Origin: an uncultured Acidobacteriota bacterium
Lineage (GTDB): Bacteria > Acidobacteriota > Blastocatellia > RBC074
Reading direction: 5' to 3'
Length of the DNA stretch: 64,000 nucleotides
Assembly: GCA_963743425.1 (NCBI GenBank)
Contig: CAVUPU010000001.1
Coordinates: 302,003 to 366,002, forward strand
Shown here: positions 8,129-18,514 of the stretch, piece by piece
Numbering within the stretch: position 1 is the first letter of the stretch
How the letters are laid out: each line of letters begins with the position of its first letter
The notes under the pieces: generated by a model
The model's database searches: none
The model's input: the letters and a program-made list of their open reading frames with translations, nothing else
Told to the model about the DNA's origin: nothing
Program-made: the position numbers and the translations under genes

Positions 8129-9764
8129 ATTCATCTTGCGGTACTGAAACTTGTCGATGCCCAGACTCTTAATGCGAAGGTCGAGCGTCGAAGGCGCAAG
8201 CCCCAGGGATCGCGCCGCGCCGTTCGGGCCGGAGACTCGCCCTCGCGACGCGCGCAGCGCGGTCTCGATCGTTTCGCGCTCCTGCGCTCGGAGTCTCTCA
8301 TCCATACTTCCCGTCAGATTGGCGTGCGGCAGCGCGTCGCGCTCGATGCGGAGGACGCCGTCGCGGGAGAGGATGATCGCTCGCTCGATGACGTTTTCGA
8401 GTTCGCGCACGTTGCCGGGCCAGTGGTGCGATTCGAGCAGCTTCATCGAGCGCCGGTTCGATCCGGTTGATGGCGCGGCCGAAGCGTTCGCCGTGTTTGG
8501 CGGCGAAGTGCGCGGCCAGCAGCGGGATGTCTTCGGGGCGCTCGCGCAGGGAGGGGAGCCGCAGCGGGAAGACGTTCAGCCGGTAATAGAGATCGCTGCG
8601 GAACCGTCCGGCGCGCACGTCTTCCATAAGATCGCGATTGGTGGCGGCGACGATACGAACGTCTACGCGGATAGAATCGCTGCCGCCGAGCCGCTCGAAT
8701 TCGCGCTCCTGCAGCACGCGCAGCAGCATCACCTGCAACTCCGGCGGCAACTCTCCGATCTCGTCCAGAAAGAGCGTGCCGCCGTGCGCCTGCTCGAATC
8801 GCCCCTTGCGCCGCTCGATTGCGCCGGTGAACGCGCCGCGCTCGTGACCGAAGAGTTCCGAAGCCAGCAGCGTTTCGGGAATGGCCGCGCAGTTGAATTT
8901 GACGAGAGGGCCTTTGGCGCGATGAGATCGCTGATGAATCGCCCGCGCGATCAACTCCTTGCCCGTGCCGGTTTCGCCGGAGATGAGCACCGTCGCATCG
9001 GTCGCGGCCACCTGTTCGACCGCTTCCAGCGCGCGGCGAAGCAATGGGGAATCGCCGACCATCTCTTCGAACATCGTGATGCGACTGAGCTGGTCGCGCA
9101 GCGCGACGTTTTCGGCTTCCAGTTGATCGCGCAATCGGGCGATCTCTTCGTTGGCCAGAGCGTTGGCGACGGCCACGGCGATCGCGCGCGAAACATCGGT
9201 CAACACATTCATCTGTTCCGGCGTGAAGGGGTCCGGTTTACGGCGGGAGAAGACAATTACGCCAAGCCCCTTTCCCCTCGTGACGAGCGGGATGGAGGTG
9301 TAAGCGTGAATCCCACCCGCCGCCAGTTTGAATTCCCATGGAAACCACGCTTCTTTTTGCCACAGGTCATTGCAGATGTAAGGCTGCGTGGCGGCCTTCA
9401 GCTCAGCGAACTCAGATCCTTCAATGGACGCCATCTTTTTATTCGGAGGCCAGGGCTTGGGCGGCGTCTCCTCCATGCGCCGCACGAAATCTTCAACGCT
9501 TTCGCCTTGAAGCCGGGGCGCATCTACGACGTGCAATATCCAAGGCAGGCCAACACGCATCTCGGGCACGACCAGCGCCACTCCGACAAACGGCACAACC
9601 AGGACGAGCACATCGGCTACCGCCTCTATTACTCCCTGAAGCTCCCGCTCGGAGTTGATCACTTCCCAGGCCCGAAGCACGAGCGTGCGCCGGCGCCGCT
9701 CGCTGGCCGATTCAACGCTATTCGATGTTTTCGCCTGTTTCTTTGCGAAGTCCTTTGTCGCCAT
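8123..9764 (-). pseudogene. Sigma-54-dependent transcriptional activator (GAF - AAA+ - Fis-type HTH); frame broken near 8455
   Basis: AAA+ core motifs are [25 protein letters not shown] and [13 protein letters not shown]. The C-terminal [15 protein letters not shown] plus HTH (GPNGAARSLGLAPSTLDLRIKSLGI) is read in another frame (8123-8446). One extra base in a CC/GG doublet explains the break. Confidence 0.85.
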
Positions 9765-9891
9765 AATCGTCAGTATAGAAAACCACGCCTTAAATGTGAA
9801 TTCACAGGAACCTGTGAGTATTGAGCCTGATCAGGTATCCACACATAACTTGAAACCCTTTGTTTGCAATGGTCGTAAGGTTGTGCGGCGC

Positions 9892-9906
9892 TGGCATCCA
9901 TCTTGC
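9892..9906 (+). promoter_or_regulatory. Candidate sigma-54 (-24/-12) promoter for the efflux operon
   Basis: TGGCAT-ccatc-TTGC fits TGGCAC-N5-TTGCW. It lies about 185 nt upstream of the ATG at 10090 and is divergent from the sigma-54 activator gene. Palindromes tgtgaattcaca (9795-9806) and cacagg-aa-cctgtg (9803-9816) lie upstream and could be activator sites. Confidence 0.5.
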
Positions 9907-10089
9907 CGAGCAAGCGATGCGCGATCACATTCGTAGGCAATCTATCAACGCTTCGCTGAAGCGTTGAGTCTTGTTGCAGAATTGCAACATTGTCTTGCGA
10001 CTGAAAGGCCGGAATGCTAGTATGCGCCCCGCATTCGGAAATAGGTAAAGTTTTCAAGGGTTCGCTTGTAAGAAGCTGAGGTCAACCGT

Positions 10090-11262
10090 ATGTTTCGCCA
10101 TCTCTCGCTGATCTTCAGGAATTGTCTTCGCAATCGCCGCCGCAGTTTGCTAACCATCGTCAGTATAGCGGCATCGTTGTGTCTGCTGGGATTGCTGTTG
10201 ACGATTTATCACACATTCTTCTTCACGGAGGCCACTCCTGACCAGGCGCTGCGACTCATCACTCGCAATCGCGTCTCGCTCGCTAATCCACTACCTATTT
10301 CCTACCAGCAACAGATCAAACAGGTGGCAGGCGTCAAGGAAGTAATGATCACTCAGTGGTTCGGCGGGGTTTATAAAGACTCGCGCGATCTGAAGAACTT
10401 TTTCGCGCGGTTTGCAGTGGAGGCTGACAAGTTCGCCACAGTCAATCCGGAATACAAGTTGCCTGAAGGCGAATTAAAGGCGTTCATCAGTGATCGCACA
10501 GGCTGCATCATTGGCCGCAAGACTGCTGTGAATCACAATCTGAAACCCGGCGACCGCATGACCATCACTGGAGATATCTTCCCGGTCACGCTCGAACTGG
10601 TCGTCCGCGGAGTCTATGATTGCAAGTTAGATAACGAAAGCCTCTACTTTCACTACAAGTATCTGAATGAAAGTCTGGCGACGACGCCGGGCTTCCGCGA
10701 CTCAGTGGGCGTGTACTCCATTCGCATGGAGCGCGCCGAAGACGCCAACACCATTTCGAAAGCCATTGATGACAAGTTCCGCAACTCGACGGCGCAGACC
10801 AAGACTGAAACCGAGCAGGCGTTCCAACTGAGTTTTCTAGGCTTCCTCGGAAATGTGAAGCTGATTCTGATTTCGATCTGCGCGGCGGTCACTTTCACGA
10901 TTCTTCTCGTTACCGGGAACACCATGGCGATGGCGGTCCGCGAACGCGTGCGCGAAGTCGGCGTGCTGAAGACGCTGGGGTTCACCAATGGAGTCGTGCT
11001 GTGGCTGATGGTCGGCGAGGCGATAGCGATTGGACTGATCGGCGGCGTCATCGGGCTGGGGCTCACTAAAGGATTGCTCCTGTTGCTTAGCCGGCTGCCG
11101 GCCGGCATGACTTTCATTGATTTCAGTGTGGTCACCGTTCAGCCTTCGGTCATAAGCATCTGTCTACTCGTGGCCGGTATGATCGGCCTCGTCAGCTCGA
11201 TCATACCGGCCCTGGGAGCGTCGAGGCGGTCAATAGTCGAGGCTTTGAGGTTTACTGACTGA
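10090..11262 (+). CDS. ABC transporter permease, FtsX/MacB-type
   Basis: 390 aa with an N-terminal TM, a large periplasmic domain and a C-terminal FtsX-like 3-TM bundle (AMAVRERVREVGVLKTLGF). Confidence 0.8.
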   Translation: MFRHLSLIFRNCLRNRRRSLLTIVSIAASLCLLGLLLTIYHTFFFTEATPDQALRLITRNRVSLANPLPISYQQQIKQVAGVKEVMITQWFGGVYKDSRDLKNFFARFAVEADKFATVNPEYKLPEGELKAFISDRTGCIIGRKTAVNHNLKPGDRMTITGDIFPVTLELVVRGVYDCKLDNESLYFHYKYLNESLATTPGFRDSVGVYSIRMERAEDANTISKAIDDKFRNSTAQTKTETEQAFQLSFLGFLGNVKLILISICAAVTFTILLVTGNTMAMAVRERVREVGVLKTLGFTNGVVLWLMVGEAIAIGLIGGVIGLGLTKGLLLLLSRLPAGMTFIDFSVVTVQPSVISICLLVAGMIGLVSSIIPALGASRRSIVEALRFTD

Positions 11263-11263
11263 A

Positions 11264-11343
11264 TCAGCGCCGCGAGCGGTAGCGAGCTGCTCCATTCAAT
11301 AACTGGTTGATGAAGCCGCGCTCGCTACCGCTCGCGGTACTGA
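11264..11343. repeat. REP-like palindromic intergenic element (family A)
   Basis: tcagcgccgcgagcggtagcgag ... ctcgctaccgctcgcggtactga. A second copy of this family lies at 14031-14112. Confidence 0.7.
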
Positions 11344-11359
11344 TCCAATCGGAGTGATT

Positions 11360-12544
11360 ATGAAGATTCCGATTTCCTACAACATCCGCAATATCATCAG
11401 GCGCCGCACAACGACCATTATGACGGCGCTCGGCATCGCGCTGACCGTCGCAGTGCTGCTCAGCGTCTCCGCTATGGTCGAAGGGCTGCGAACGTCGCTC
11501 AGCGCCACCGGCCATCCCCTGCACATTCTGGTGACGCGCAAAGGGTCGAGCGCCGAACTGAACTCCCAAATGACTCAGGAGCAGTTCCAGACGATTAAAA
11601 TCAAACAGGGGATCGCGAGTTCGCCGAACGGCGAGCCGATGGCGTCGCTCGAACTGGTGACGGTCGTCATTCTCGACAGCCCTGAGAATCCGGCCGGCAT
11701 CAACATCAGCCTGCGCGGGCTGACCACGACCGGTTTCGCGATGCGCGAGTATGTGCAAATCGCCGAAGGTCGAATGTTCCAACCCGGACGGCGTGAAGTC
11801 GTCGTAGGGAAGGGGCTGGCCAAGCGTTATCCGAAGGCCCGCATCGGCTCGAAGCTCGATTTCGGTCGAGGCGAATGGGAAGTCGTCGGCGTGATGGACG
11901 GAGGCCGGTCGGCGGCCGACAGCGAGATTTTCGCCGATCTGGCGCAACTCGCCTCCGACCAGAACCGCGAGGCGGCTTTGAGTTCGGTTCTGATTCGCGC
12001 GGTTAACCGGGATCCGAAGCAGGATCGGGATTCGATGCAGGATCTGATGAACGATCTGAAGGATGATCGCCGTCTGAATGTGGACGCCGTCTCCGAAAAG
12101 TCTTATTACGAGGCGCAGACTGTCTCCGCTGCTCCAATTCAATTTCTCGGCATTTTCGTCGCCATCATCATGGCCATCGGTTCGAGTTTCGCCGCGATGA
12201 ACACGATGTACGCGGCTGTCGCTCGGCGTTCGGCCGAGATCGGGACGCTCCGTGTGCTGGGTTTTTCAAAATTCGGGATCATGATCAGCTTTCTGATCGA
12301 ATCGTTGTTGCTGAGTTTGTTGGGAGGCGTCATCGGATGTCTGCTGGTTTTACCGCTCAACAACTTCACCACCGGGATCGGCAGCTTCGTGACTTTCAGC
12401 GAGTTCACTTTCGATTTCCGCATCACGCCGGGAATAATGCTCACGGGCATCCTGTTCGCGCTCGTGATGGGGGCGCTGGGCGGATTGTTTCCCGCCGGGT
12501 CAGCGGCGCGAAAAGAGATTCTGACCGCGCTCCGTGAGATTTGA
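11360..12544 (+). CDS. ABC transporter permease, FtsX/MacB-type (second paralogue)
   Basis: Same architecture as the first permease ([18 protein letters not shown]). The ATG at 11360 is preceded by GGAG. Confidence 0.8.
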   Translation: MKIPISYNIRNIIRRRTTTIMTALGIALTVAVLLSVSAMVEGLRTSLSATGHPLHILVTRKGSSAELNSQMTQEQFQTIKIKQGIASSPNGEPMASLELVTVVILDSPENPAGINISLRGLTTTGFAMREYVQIAEGRMFQPGRREVVVGKGLAKRYPKARIGSKLDFGRGEWEVVGVMDGGRSAADSEIFADLAQLASDQNREAALSSVLIRAVNRDPKQDRDSMQDLMNDLKDDRRLNVDAVSEKSYYEAQTVSAAPIQFLGIFVAIIMAIGSSFAAMNTMYAAVARRSAEIGTLRVLGFSKFGIMISFLIESLLLSLLGGVIGCLLVLPLNNFTTGIGSFVTFSEFTFDFRITPGIMLTGILFALVMGALGGLFPAGSAARKEILTALREI

Positions 12545-12546
12545 AC

Positions 12547-12637
12547 GTAGGGGCAGACCTGCGTGTCTGCCCTGGTCCCCTGGACCAATCGCTTCAGCGC
12601 AGATACGCGCAGGGCAGACACGCAGGTCTGCCCCTAC
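12547..12637. repeat. REP-like palindromic intergenic element (family B), perfect 28-bp arms
   Basis: gtaggggcagacctgcgtgtctgccctg (12547-12574) is the exact reverse complement of 12610-12637. Confidence 0.75.
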
Positions 12638-12651
12638 TGAACAAATTACTT

Positions 12652-14028
12652 ATGCCAATCAGCGATCAACAAGACACAATGGACGCGGAGATCAAAAACC
12701 TGCGCATTGATCGTTCCGCGAAACAGAAAAGCAAGTCAGGGCGGGGGTTCTGGCGATGGATTCTGTTCAGCCTCGGCGTGTCGTTTTTGGTGGGGGCCGC
12801 TTTATTCGTTTACGCGAGACTCAACACGGCGGTTGAAGTCGAAACGACGCGTGTGCGCGCCGCTTCGAACGCCTCACACGGCGCCGGCGTGACGATACTC
12901 AATGCCACCGGCTACATCATCGCGGCGCACAAGATCGAGCTGGCTTCCAAAGTCTCCGGCCGCGTCGCCTGGATCGGCGTCGAGAAGGGCGACAAAGTGA
13001 AACAGGGGCAGCCGCTGGTCAGGTTGGAGGATGAAGAGTTTCGCGCGCGGGTGACCGAAGCCCAGGGGCAATTGAATTCGCTCAAAGCGCAACTGGCCGC
13101 GCTCGAAAACGGCTCGCGACCCGAAGAGAAGGCGCGCAGCCAGGCCGATCTGGAACAGGTTCGCGCCGACCTGGAGAACGCCCGCGTGACGCTCAATCGC
13201 ACGCGCGCGCTGGTCGAGCAGGGCATTATGTCCAGGCAGACGCTCGACGACGCGCAGGCCCGTTACGACTCGCAGGTCGCCAGATTCGCGTCGTTCGAGA
13301 AGACCCATGCGCTGATTCGCACAGGCCCGCGCCAGGAAGAGATTGACGCCATGCGCGCGCAGGTCAAACAGGCCGAAGGCTCGCTCGCCTTCGCGCAATC
13401 GCAACTCGACAACACCGTCATCAGCGCGCCGATCTCAGGCGCCATCCTGGAGCGCAATGTCGAACGCGGCGAGTTCGTCACGACGGGTTTTGCCAGCGAT
13501 CGAGGCGCGAAAGGTTATGTCGTCTCGCTGGCCGATCTCAACGACCTTCAGGTCGAGTTGGACATCAATCAAAACGATTTCGCCAAACTCGGGCCGCGCC
13601 AGCCGGGCATCGTCACGACCGACGCCTATCCGGATCGCAAATACCAGGGCGAGATCGCCGAGATTTCTCCCGAAGCGAACCGGTCAAAAGCGACCGTGCA
13701 GGTAAAGCTGCAGGTTCTCAAGCCCGATGAATTCCTGCGCCCGGAGATGAACGCCAGCGTCGCTTTTTATGCGCCGGAAAAGCCTGGAGAAAAATCGCCG
13801 AATCAAGCTTCGGCGGCGAAACCGCTGATCACGATTCCAGCCTCTGCCGTGCGCGATGGCGCGGTCTTCATCGTCGTTGACGGGAGAGCCGTCCGCCGCC
13901 AGGTGCAGGTGTCAGGAACATCGCAGCAGGGCGCGACGATTTCAAACGGACTGATCGGCGGCGAGGATTTGATCGTCAACCCGACCGACGGTTTGAAAGA
14001 CGGGCAGAAAGTGCGCCTGAAGCAATAA
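12652..14028 (+). CDS. HlyD/MacA-family periplasmic adaptor (membrane fusion protein)
   Basis: N-terminal TM ([22 protein letters not shown]), long coiled-coil (...[19 protein letters not shown]...), then barrel and membrane-proximal domains. The start is placed after the REP element; the longer ORF begins inside the repeat. Confidence 0.8.
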   Translation: MPISDQQDTMDAEIKNLRIDRSAKQKSKSGRGFWRWILFSLGVSFLVGAALFVYARLNTAVEVETTRVRAASNASHGAGVTILNATGYIIAAHKIELASKVSGRVAWIGVEKGDKVKQGQPLVRLEDEEFRARVTEAQGQLNSLKAQLAALENGSRPEEKARSQADLEQVRADLENARVTLNRTRALVEQGIMSRQTLDDAQARYDSQVARFASFEKTHALIRTGPRQEEIDAMRAQVKQAEGSLAFAQSQLDNTVISAPISGAILERNVERGEFVTTGFASDRGAKGYVVSLADLNDLQVELDINQNDFAKLGPRQPGIVTTDAYPDRKYQGEIAEISPEANRSKATVQVKLQVLKPDEFLRPEMNASVAFYAPEKPGEKSPNQASAAKPLITIPASAVRDGAVFIVVDGRAVRRQVQVSGTSQQGATISNGLIGGEDLIVNPTDGLKDGQKVRLKQ

Positions 14029-14030
14029 AG

Positions 14031-14112
14031 TCAGCGCCGCGACCGGTAGGGAGCATGGATCCCGCGGTCAACCGTCGCAGGAAGCAACGCTCCCTACCGG
14101 TCGCGGTACTGA
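14031..14112. repeat. REP-like palindromic intergenic element (family A, second copy)
   Basis: tcagcgccgcgaccggtagggagc ... gctccctaccggtcgcggtactga. Confidence 0.7.
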
Positions 14113-14127
14113 CTCGGAGCCAGAACT

Positions 14128-14842
14128 ATGACCGAAACAGTGATCGAGACCCAACAACTTTCCAAGGAATTCGTCCGCGATGATTTTCACGTCGTCGCGT
14201 TGAAAGAAGTTGATCTGACCGTTCATCGCGGCGAGTTCGTCGCGCTGATGGGGCCGTCCGGCTCGGGCAAATCCACGCTGCTGCATCTGATCGCCGCGAT
14301 GGATCGTCCGACCGATGGCAAGATTCTCGTGCTCGGGCAGGACCTGCGCAGCTTGAGCGACCGCGAAATGGCGCATTGGCGAAATCAGCACATCGGATTC
14401 ATCTTTCAATCATTCAATCTGATCCCGGTGATGACCGCGCTGGAGAATGTCGAGCTGCCGCTGAAGCTGACCAATTTAAAGAAGCGCGAGCGTGTGGAGC
14501 ATGCGACGACGGCGCTTGAACCTGGTCGGGCTGGGTGATCGCTTGAAACATCTACCGCGCCAACTCTCCGGCGGACAGGAGCAGCGCGTCGCCATCGCCC
14601 GCGCCATCGTCACCGACCCCGATCTTATTTTGGCCGATGAGCCGACCGGCAACCTCGACGCGGCTTCGGCGCAGGAGGCCTTGACGCTGCTCGAAAAACT
14701 CAACCGCGATTACAACAAGACCATCATCATGGTCACACACGATCCGAACGCGGCGAGCCATGCGACTAAAGTCCGGCATCTCGATAAGGGGACTTTGCTG
14801 CCCGATGGGCGTGAGTCGTTTCAGACTTCAGCGAAGCGGTGA
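14128..14842 (+). pseudogene. ABC transporter ATP-binding protein (MacB/LolD-like); frame broken near 14521
   Basis: Walker A is GPSGSGKST. After the break come the signature [14 protein letters not shown] and Walker [13 protein letters not shown]. The sequence gaa-CC-tggtc would read ...[11 protein letters not shown] if one C were removed. Confidence 0.85.
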
Positions 14843-15940
14843 TTCCGGCCCCGTCAGGCGCTGACGCTTCTTTTGAAGACTTCGGGCGGTGAGGATGAGG
14901 CCGGCGCGGTCTATCTTCTCGAGGGCTTCTATCTCCCGTTCGTTCAACCCGGCCTTTGTCGCCTCGCCGCGCGGATCGGCCAGGAAACGTTCGCGCGAGT
15001 TTTCGTCAACATAGATTTTGGCCAGGAATGCTTCCAAACGCGCAGCGCTCATGCCGCCTCCTTCCCTACCTGCCCAAATTGGCGCGACCTTCCCGTCGGC
15101 CAGAGCTTCGCGGGCGCGGTCCAATTGCCGAAGCAATATTTCAATCGGTGGATAAGCTCCATCGCGTTCCAGTATCACCGTCAATGGATGGGAAGTGAGC
15201 GCGGCGAGTTCCGAAAGAAGTCGATATACCGCATCGGGGACATCGTGCAGGTGATCATCCAGCAGGCGTCGTTCGCCGAGCGCTTCCACCCATTTTCCTC
15301 CGGCCAGATGGACGGCGACGATTCTTTCCGCAGGGAGACGCTTTAAGAACTCCATCGCGTCGTAGCCGAAGTTCGTCGCGTTCGCGTGAAGGTTGTGCAG
15401 GTCGAGCAGCAAGCCACAGGAAGATGAGTCAATGATCCTGTTGATCCAGTCGATCTCATCATAGTCGCTGCCCGGCGGATCGATCAGAGTGGCGATGTTT
15501 TCGATCAGCGGCGCCGAACCGACCACGGAGCGCGCGCGTTCCAGATTCGCCGCCGCGCCTTCGATCGTCGCGTCTGTTCGCGGAGGCGCTGTCAAATGGC
15601 CTATCTCGACGCCTCCGCATCGCACAAAAGCCAGGTGCTCCGACCAGTATTCTGGCGTCACTTCCCCGCACAACCGGGCGGTCTTTTCCAGAAGCTTTTT
15701 CTCTACAGGAACAGATGAAGCCAGGCCGAGACTGACGCCGTGCAATACAACGGTCGTTTGCGCCGACAATGTGCGCAGCGCGCGGCGTTCGCCTCGCGGC
15801 GCGTCGAAGAGATCGTCGGCGATCACCTCTACGACGTCAATTCGATCAAGATGCGAAAGGATGCCTAACGCAAGTTCGCGCCGCCAGCCCAACCCGACGC
15901 GGTCCTGAATCTGATTCTTCCCGGCGTTCCTGGATTTCAT
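14828..15940 (-). CDS. DUF692-family protein (MbnB-like multinuclear non-haem iron oxidase, MNIO) with a C-terminal helical extension of about 80 aa
   Basis: The TIM-barrel-type sequence GLGWRRELA...VLHGVSLGL...WSEHLAF...PLLIENIA...[12 protein letters not shown]...AVHLAGG is as expected for DUF692. The C-terminal [43 protein letters not shown] resembles a LigA/NHLP-like helical domain. The start ATG overlaps the upstream stop (ATGA at 15937-15940). Confidence 0.75.
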   Translation of the reverse strand: MKSRNAGKNQIQDRVGLGWRRELALGILSHLDRIDVVEVIADDLFDAPRGERRALRTLSAQTTVVLHGVSLGLASSVPVEKKLLEKTARLCGEVTPEYWSEHLAFVRCGGVEIGHLTAPPRTDATIEGAAANLERARSVVGSAPLIENIATLIDPPGSDYDEIDWINRIIDSSSCGLLLDLHNLHANATNFGYDAMEFLKRLPAERIVAVHLAGGKWVEALGERRLLDDHLHDVPDAVYRLLSELAALTSHPLTVILERDGAYPPIEILLRQLDRAREALADGKVAPIWAGREGGGMSAARLEAFLAKIYVDENSRERFLADPRGEATKAGLNEREIEALEKIDRAGLILTARSLQKKRQRLTGPESPLR

Positions 15941-16857
15941 GACCCTCCGCAACCCCCACAGCCGCCGCCGCCGCAACTACTACCTCCGTCCGATGAACCG
16001 CCGGAAGAGCCGCAAGATGAAGATGAATCGGATGAACCGCACGATGCTCCGGATGAATCACTTCTATTCCGACGAAAGATATCCTCCGCATATGCGAATG
16101 GGGTCGCCGCAAGCGCCCCGATCCCAAAGACGGCGGCGATCATCGCCAAATCCGCCGTCGCGCTGCTCGGGCTCATTGAACTGACTTGCGTTCTCAACCC
16201 TGCGTAGAGATTCGTGACGTCCGCCAGCGTCACCTTGCCAAGAGAGGTCAAGCGCGGGAAGGAGAAGACGGCTGCGATGACCATTGTGATGATCATCATC
16301 ACGACGAGGAAGCCGACAGGTCTTCCGAGAGAGAGACCGATCTGGATTTTAATTACGCCGACAACACCCAGGGCCATCAACGCCAGCAGCAGCCGCATCC
16401 GGCGGTCGCGGCGAACGGATGCGTCGGGCATCAGCCCCGCGCGTTCCAGTTTGTCCCGGTACGGCTGGAGAGCGGACTTCAGGTCGCTGTCTTTCAAAAC
16501 GGAGGCCGCTTCGAAGGCGGACCCCGCTTTGCCCGGAGCGCCAAACTTTTTCAGGACCTCATTTTCGATCGGATGTTTTGCCATACCGCTGGTCACATGA
16601 TCGGCGCGATGTATGAGATGGCCGTCCATAACCAACATCCCACGGCCGACCAGCGAGATCACCGCTACACGCAAAGCCTCGCTCTCGCCACCGCGCAAAT
16701 AGGCGATCAGGTACGGATCGCTAAGGTCTATCCTCGGCGCATCGCCGGACTCAGCGCGGCGTCTTAAGACGACGATTGCAATGATGACGACCAGGCTGAA
16801 GCAGAGATAGAAGATGAGAAATTCTGGGCCGCGTAGATCGAAAGGGTTCATAAACAC
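15937..16857 (-). CDS. TIGR04222-like membrane protein with a C-terminal Ser/Gly/Cys-rich tail
   Basis: N-terminus MNPFDLRGPEFLIFYLCF...DPYLIAYLRGGESEALRVAVISL, with several TM helices. The tail is [41 protein letters not shown] (6 Cys). The family assignment is from memory. Confidence 0.6.
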   Translation of the reverse strand: MFMNPFDLRGPEFLIFYLCFSLVVIIAIVVLRRRAESGDAPRIDLSDPYLIAYLRGGESEALRVAVISLVGRGMLVMDGHLIHRADHVTSGMAKHPIENEVLKKFGAPGKAGSAFEAASVLKDSDLKSALQPYRDKLERAGLMPDASVRRDRRMRLLLALMALGVVGVIKIQIGLSLGRPVGFLVVMMIITMVIAAVFSFPRLTSLGKVTLADVTNLYAGLRTQVSSMSPSSATADLAMIAAVFGIGALAATPFAYAEDIFRRNRSDSSGASCGSSDSSSSCGSSGGSSDGGSSCGGGGCGGCGGS

Positions 16858-17091
16858 CTCCTGTTTTGTATTCTACGTTCGAGCCACCCCAGGCGCCCGT
16901 TAAATCCAGGTTAGATATTCAAGTATGAACCAATCGCGCTTCGACGCGATAGAGTCAAGTCGATTTTTCGACACGCGCTGGCCGACCTTTGATTGCCAGG
17001 GATGAACGTTCTCGGTTAAATTCGCCCTGTTACAACTCGCAACATTCCAGAACTGTTGTCATCGAAACATTGAAAATAAAAGGATGGTGTG

Positions 17092-18435
17092 ATGATGCGT
17101 CTCAAAGCCTTATTGATCGGCCTTTGTTTGTTACTTGCCTGCGCCGGCCTCGCGGCCTTCGCGATCGACGAGCCTTCGGCGGGGCAATCCATGACTTCCG
17201 CCGGAGTGAAAGCGTTCGTCGGCGCGCGCCTCATTGACGGGGCCGGGAAGCCCGCTATCGAAAACGCCGCGCTGATCGTGCGCAATGGCAGAGTGGAGGC
17301 GGTCGGGCCGGCCTCAGAAGTAAAGCCTCCCGCCGGCGCTCAAACGATCAACCTGGCCGGCAAATTCATCATCCCCGGCCTGATCTCGACGCACGTTCAC
17401 ATCTCCGACGTCCAGGGCTTGCGGCCTCCCGCCTACACCGACGAGAACACGCTGCGCCAACTCGGCGTCTTCGCCCGCTACGGCGTCACGGCGGTCTTGA
17501 GTCTGGGCGGAGAGAAGGAACCGGCCTTCAAGGCGCGCGACGCTCAGAACACGCCGTCGCTGGATCGGGCGCGAATCTACCTGTCGGGAGACGTCATCAC
17601 CGGCAAGACGCCGCAGGAAGCCCGAGAGATGGTGGCGCGAGTCGCCGCCGCGAAACCCGATATCATCAAGATTCGCGTTGACGACAACCTCGGCGCGACG
17701 GCAAAGATGCCGCCCGAAGTCTACCGCGCGATCATCGATGAAGCCCATCAGCGCGGGCTTCGCGTCGCGGCCCACATTTTCTACCTCGAAGACGCGAAGG
17801 ATCTGCTCCGAGCCGGCGCCGATTTCATCGCCCACAGCGTGCGCGACAAGGAGATTGACGACGAGTTCATTTCGCTGATGAAGAAGCGCGACATCCCTTA
17901 CTGTCCTACTCTGACGCGCGAACTCTCGACCTTCGTCTATGAATCTACGCCGTCGTTCTTCTCCGATCCTTTCTTCCTGCGCGAAGCCGACCGCGAGTTG
18001 GTGGCCCAGTTGCAGGAGCCGCAGCGCCAGGAAGCGATGCGGAAATCGGCGACCGCTCAACGCTACAAGGCGGCGCTCACAGTCGCCCTGCGCAATCTAA
18101 AGAGAGCGGTCGATGCCGGACTCCTGGTCGCGATGGGCACTGACGCCGGCCCTTTTGCAAATCGGTTCCAGGGCTATTTCGAACACCTCGAAATGGAGAT
18201 GATGGTCGAAGCCGGACTTACGCCCGCGCAAATTCTGCGCGCCGCCACCGGCGACGCCGCCCGCGCGATGCGGGTTGAGGGGATCGGCGCGATAACGAAG
18301 GGCGCGTGGGCCGATTTCATCGTTCTGGAGCGAGACCCGTTGAAAGACATCCGCAACACCCGCAGCATCGCTTCGGTCTGGATCGCAGGAAACCAAGTGA
18401 GAGGAATCGAGTCACAATCGAGTCAAGCGAAATGA
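17092..18435 (+). CDS. Secreted amidohydrolase-family protein (imidazolonepropionase-like, COG1228 type)
   Basis: Signal peptide MMRLKALLIGLCLLLACAGLAAFA, metal-binding HVH motif (LISTHVHISD), and AMGTDAG near the C-terminus. Confidence 0.7.
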   Translation: MMRLKALLIGLCLLLACAGLAAFAIDEPSAGQSMTSAGVKAFVGARLIDGAGKPAIENAALIVRNGRVEAVGPASEVKPPAGAQTINLAGKFIIPGLISTHVHISDVQGLRPPAYTDENTLRQLGVFARYGVTAVLSLGGEKEPAFKARDAQNTPSLDRARIYLSGDVITGKTPQEAREMVARVAAAKPDIIKIRVDDNLGATAKMPPEVYRAIIDEAHQRGLRVAAHIFYLEDAKDLLRAGADFIAHSVRDKEIDDEFISLMKKRDIPYCPTLTRELSTFVYESTPSFFSDPFFLREADRELVAQLQEPQRQEAMRKSATAQRYKAALTVALRNLKRAVDAGLLVAMGTDAGPFANRFQGYFEHLEMEMMVEAGLTPAQILRAATGDAARAMRVEGIGAITKGAWADFIVLERDPLKDIRNTRSIASVWIAGNQVRGIESQSSQAK

Positions 18436-18514
18436 AAGCGGTACCGTACCGCTTGACGTCTCTCACATTCTCAAAAAATTTCTGGCGTTGTGCGCTTAGC
18501 GATTACGACCAAGC

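Noticed and set aside
8151-9824. Long ORFs antisense to well-supported genes. Examples: 8151-9824 (+), 11264-12142 (-), 18503-19819 (-), 20666-22624 (-), 17314-18060 (-), 36622-37671 (-), 41755-42630 (-), 47953-48936 (-), 58096-58974 (+), 59206-59982 (+), 63195-63911 (+).
   Set aside because: Each lies opposite a gene with clear family motifs. Their translations are Arg/Ala/Gly/Pro-rich low-complexity strings, typical of shadow ORFs in GC-rich DNA, and none shows a recognisable domain.
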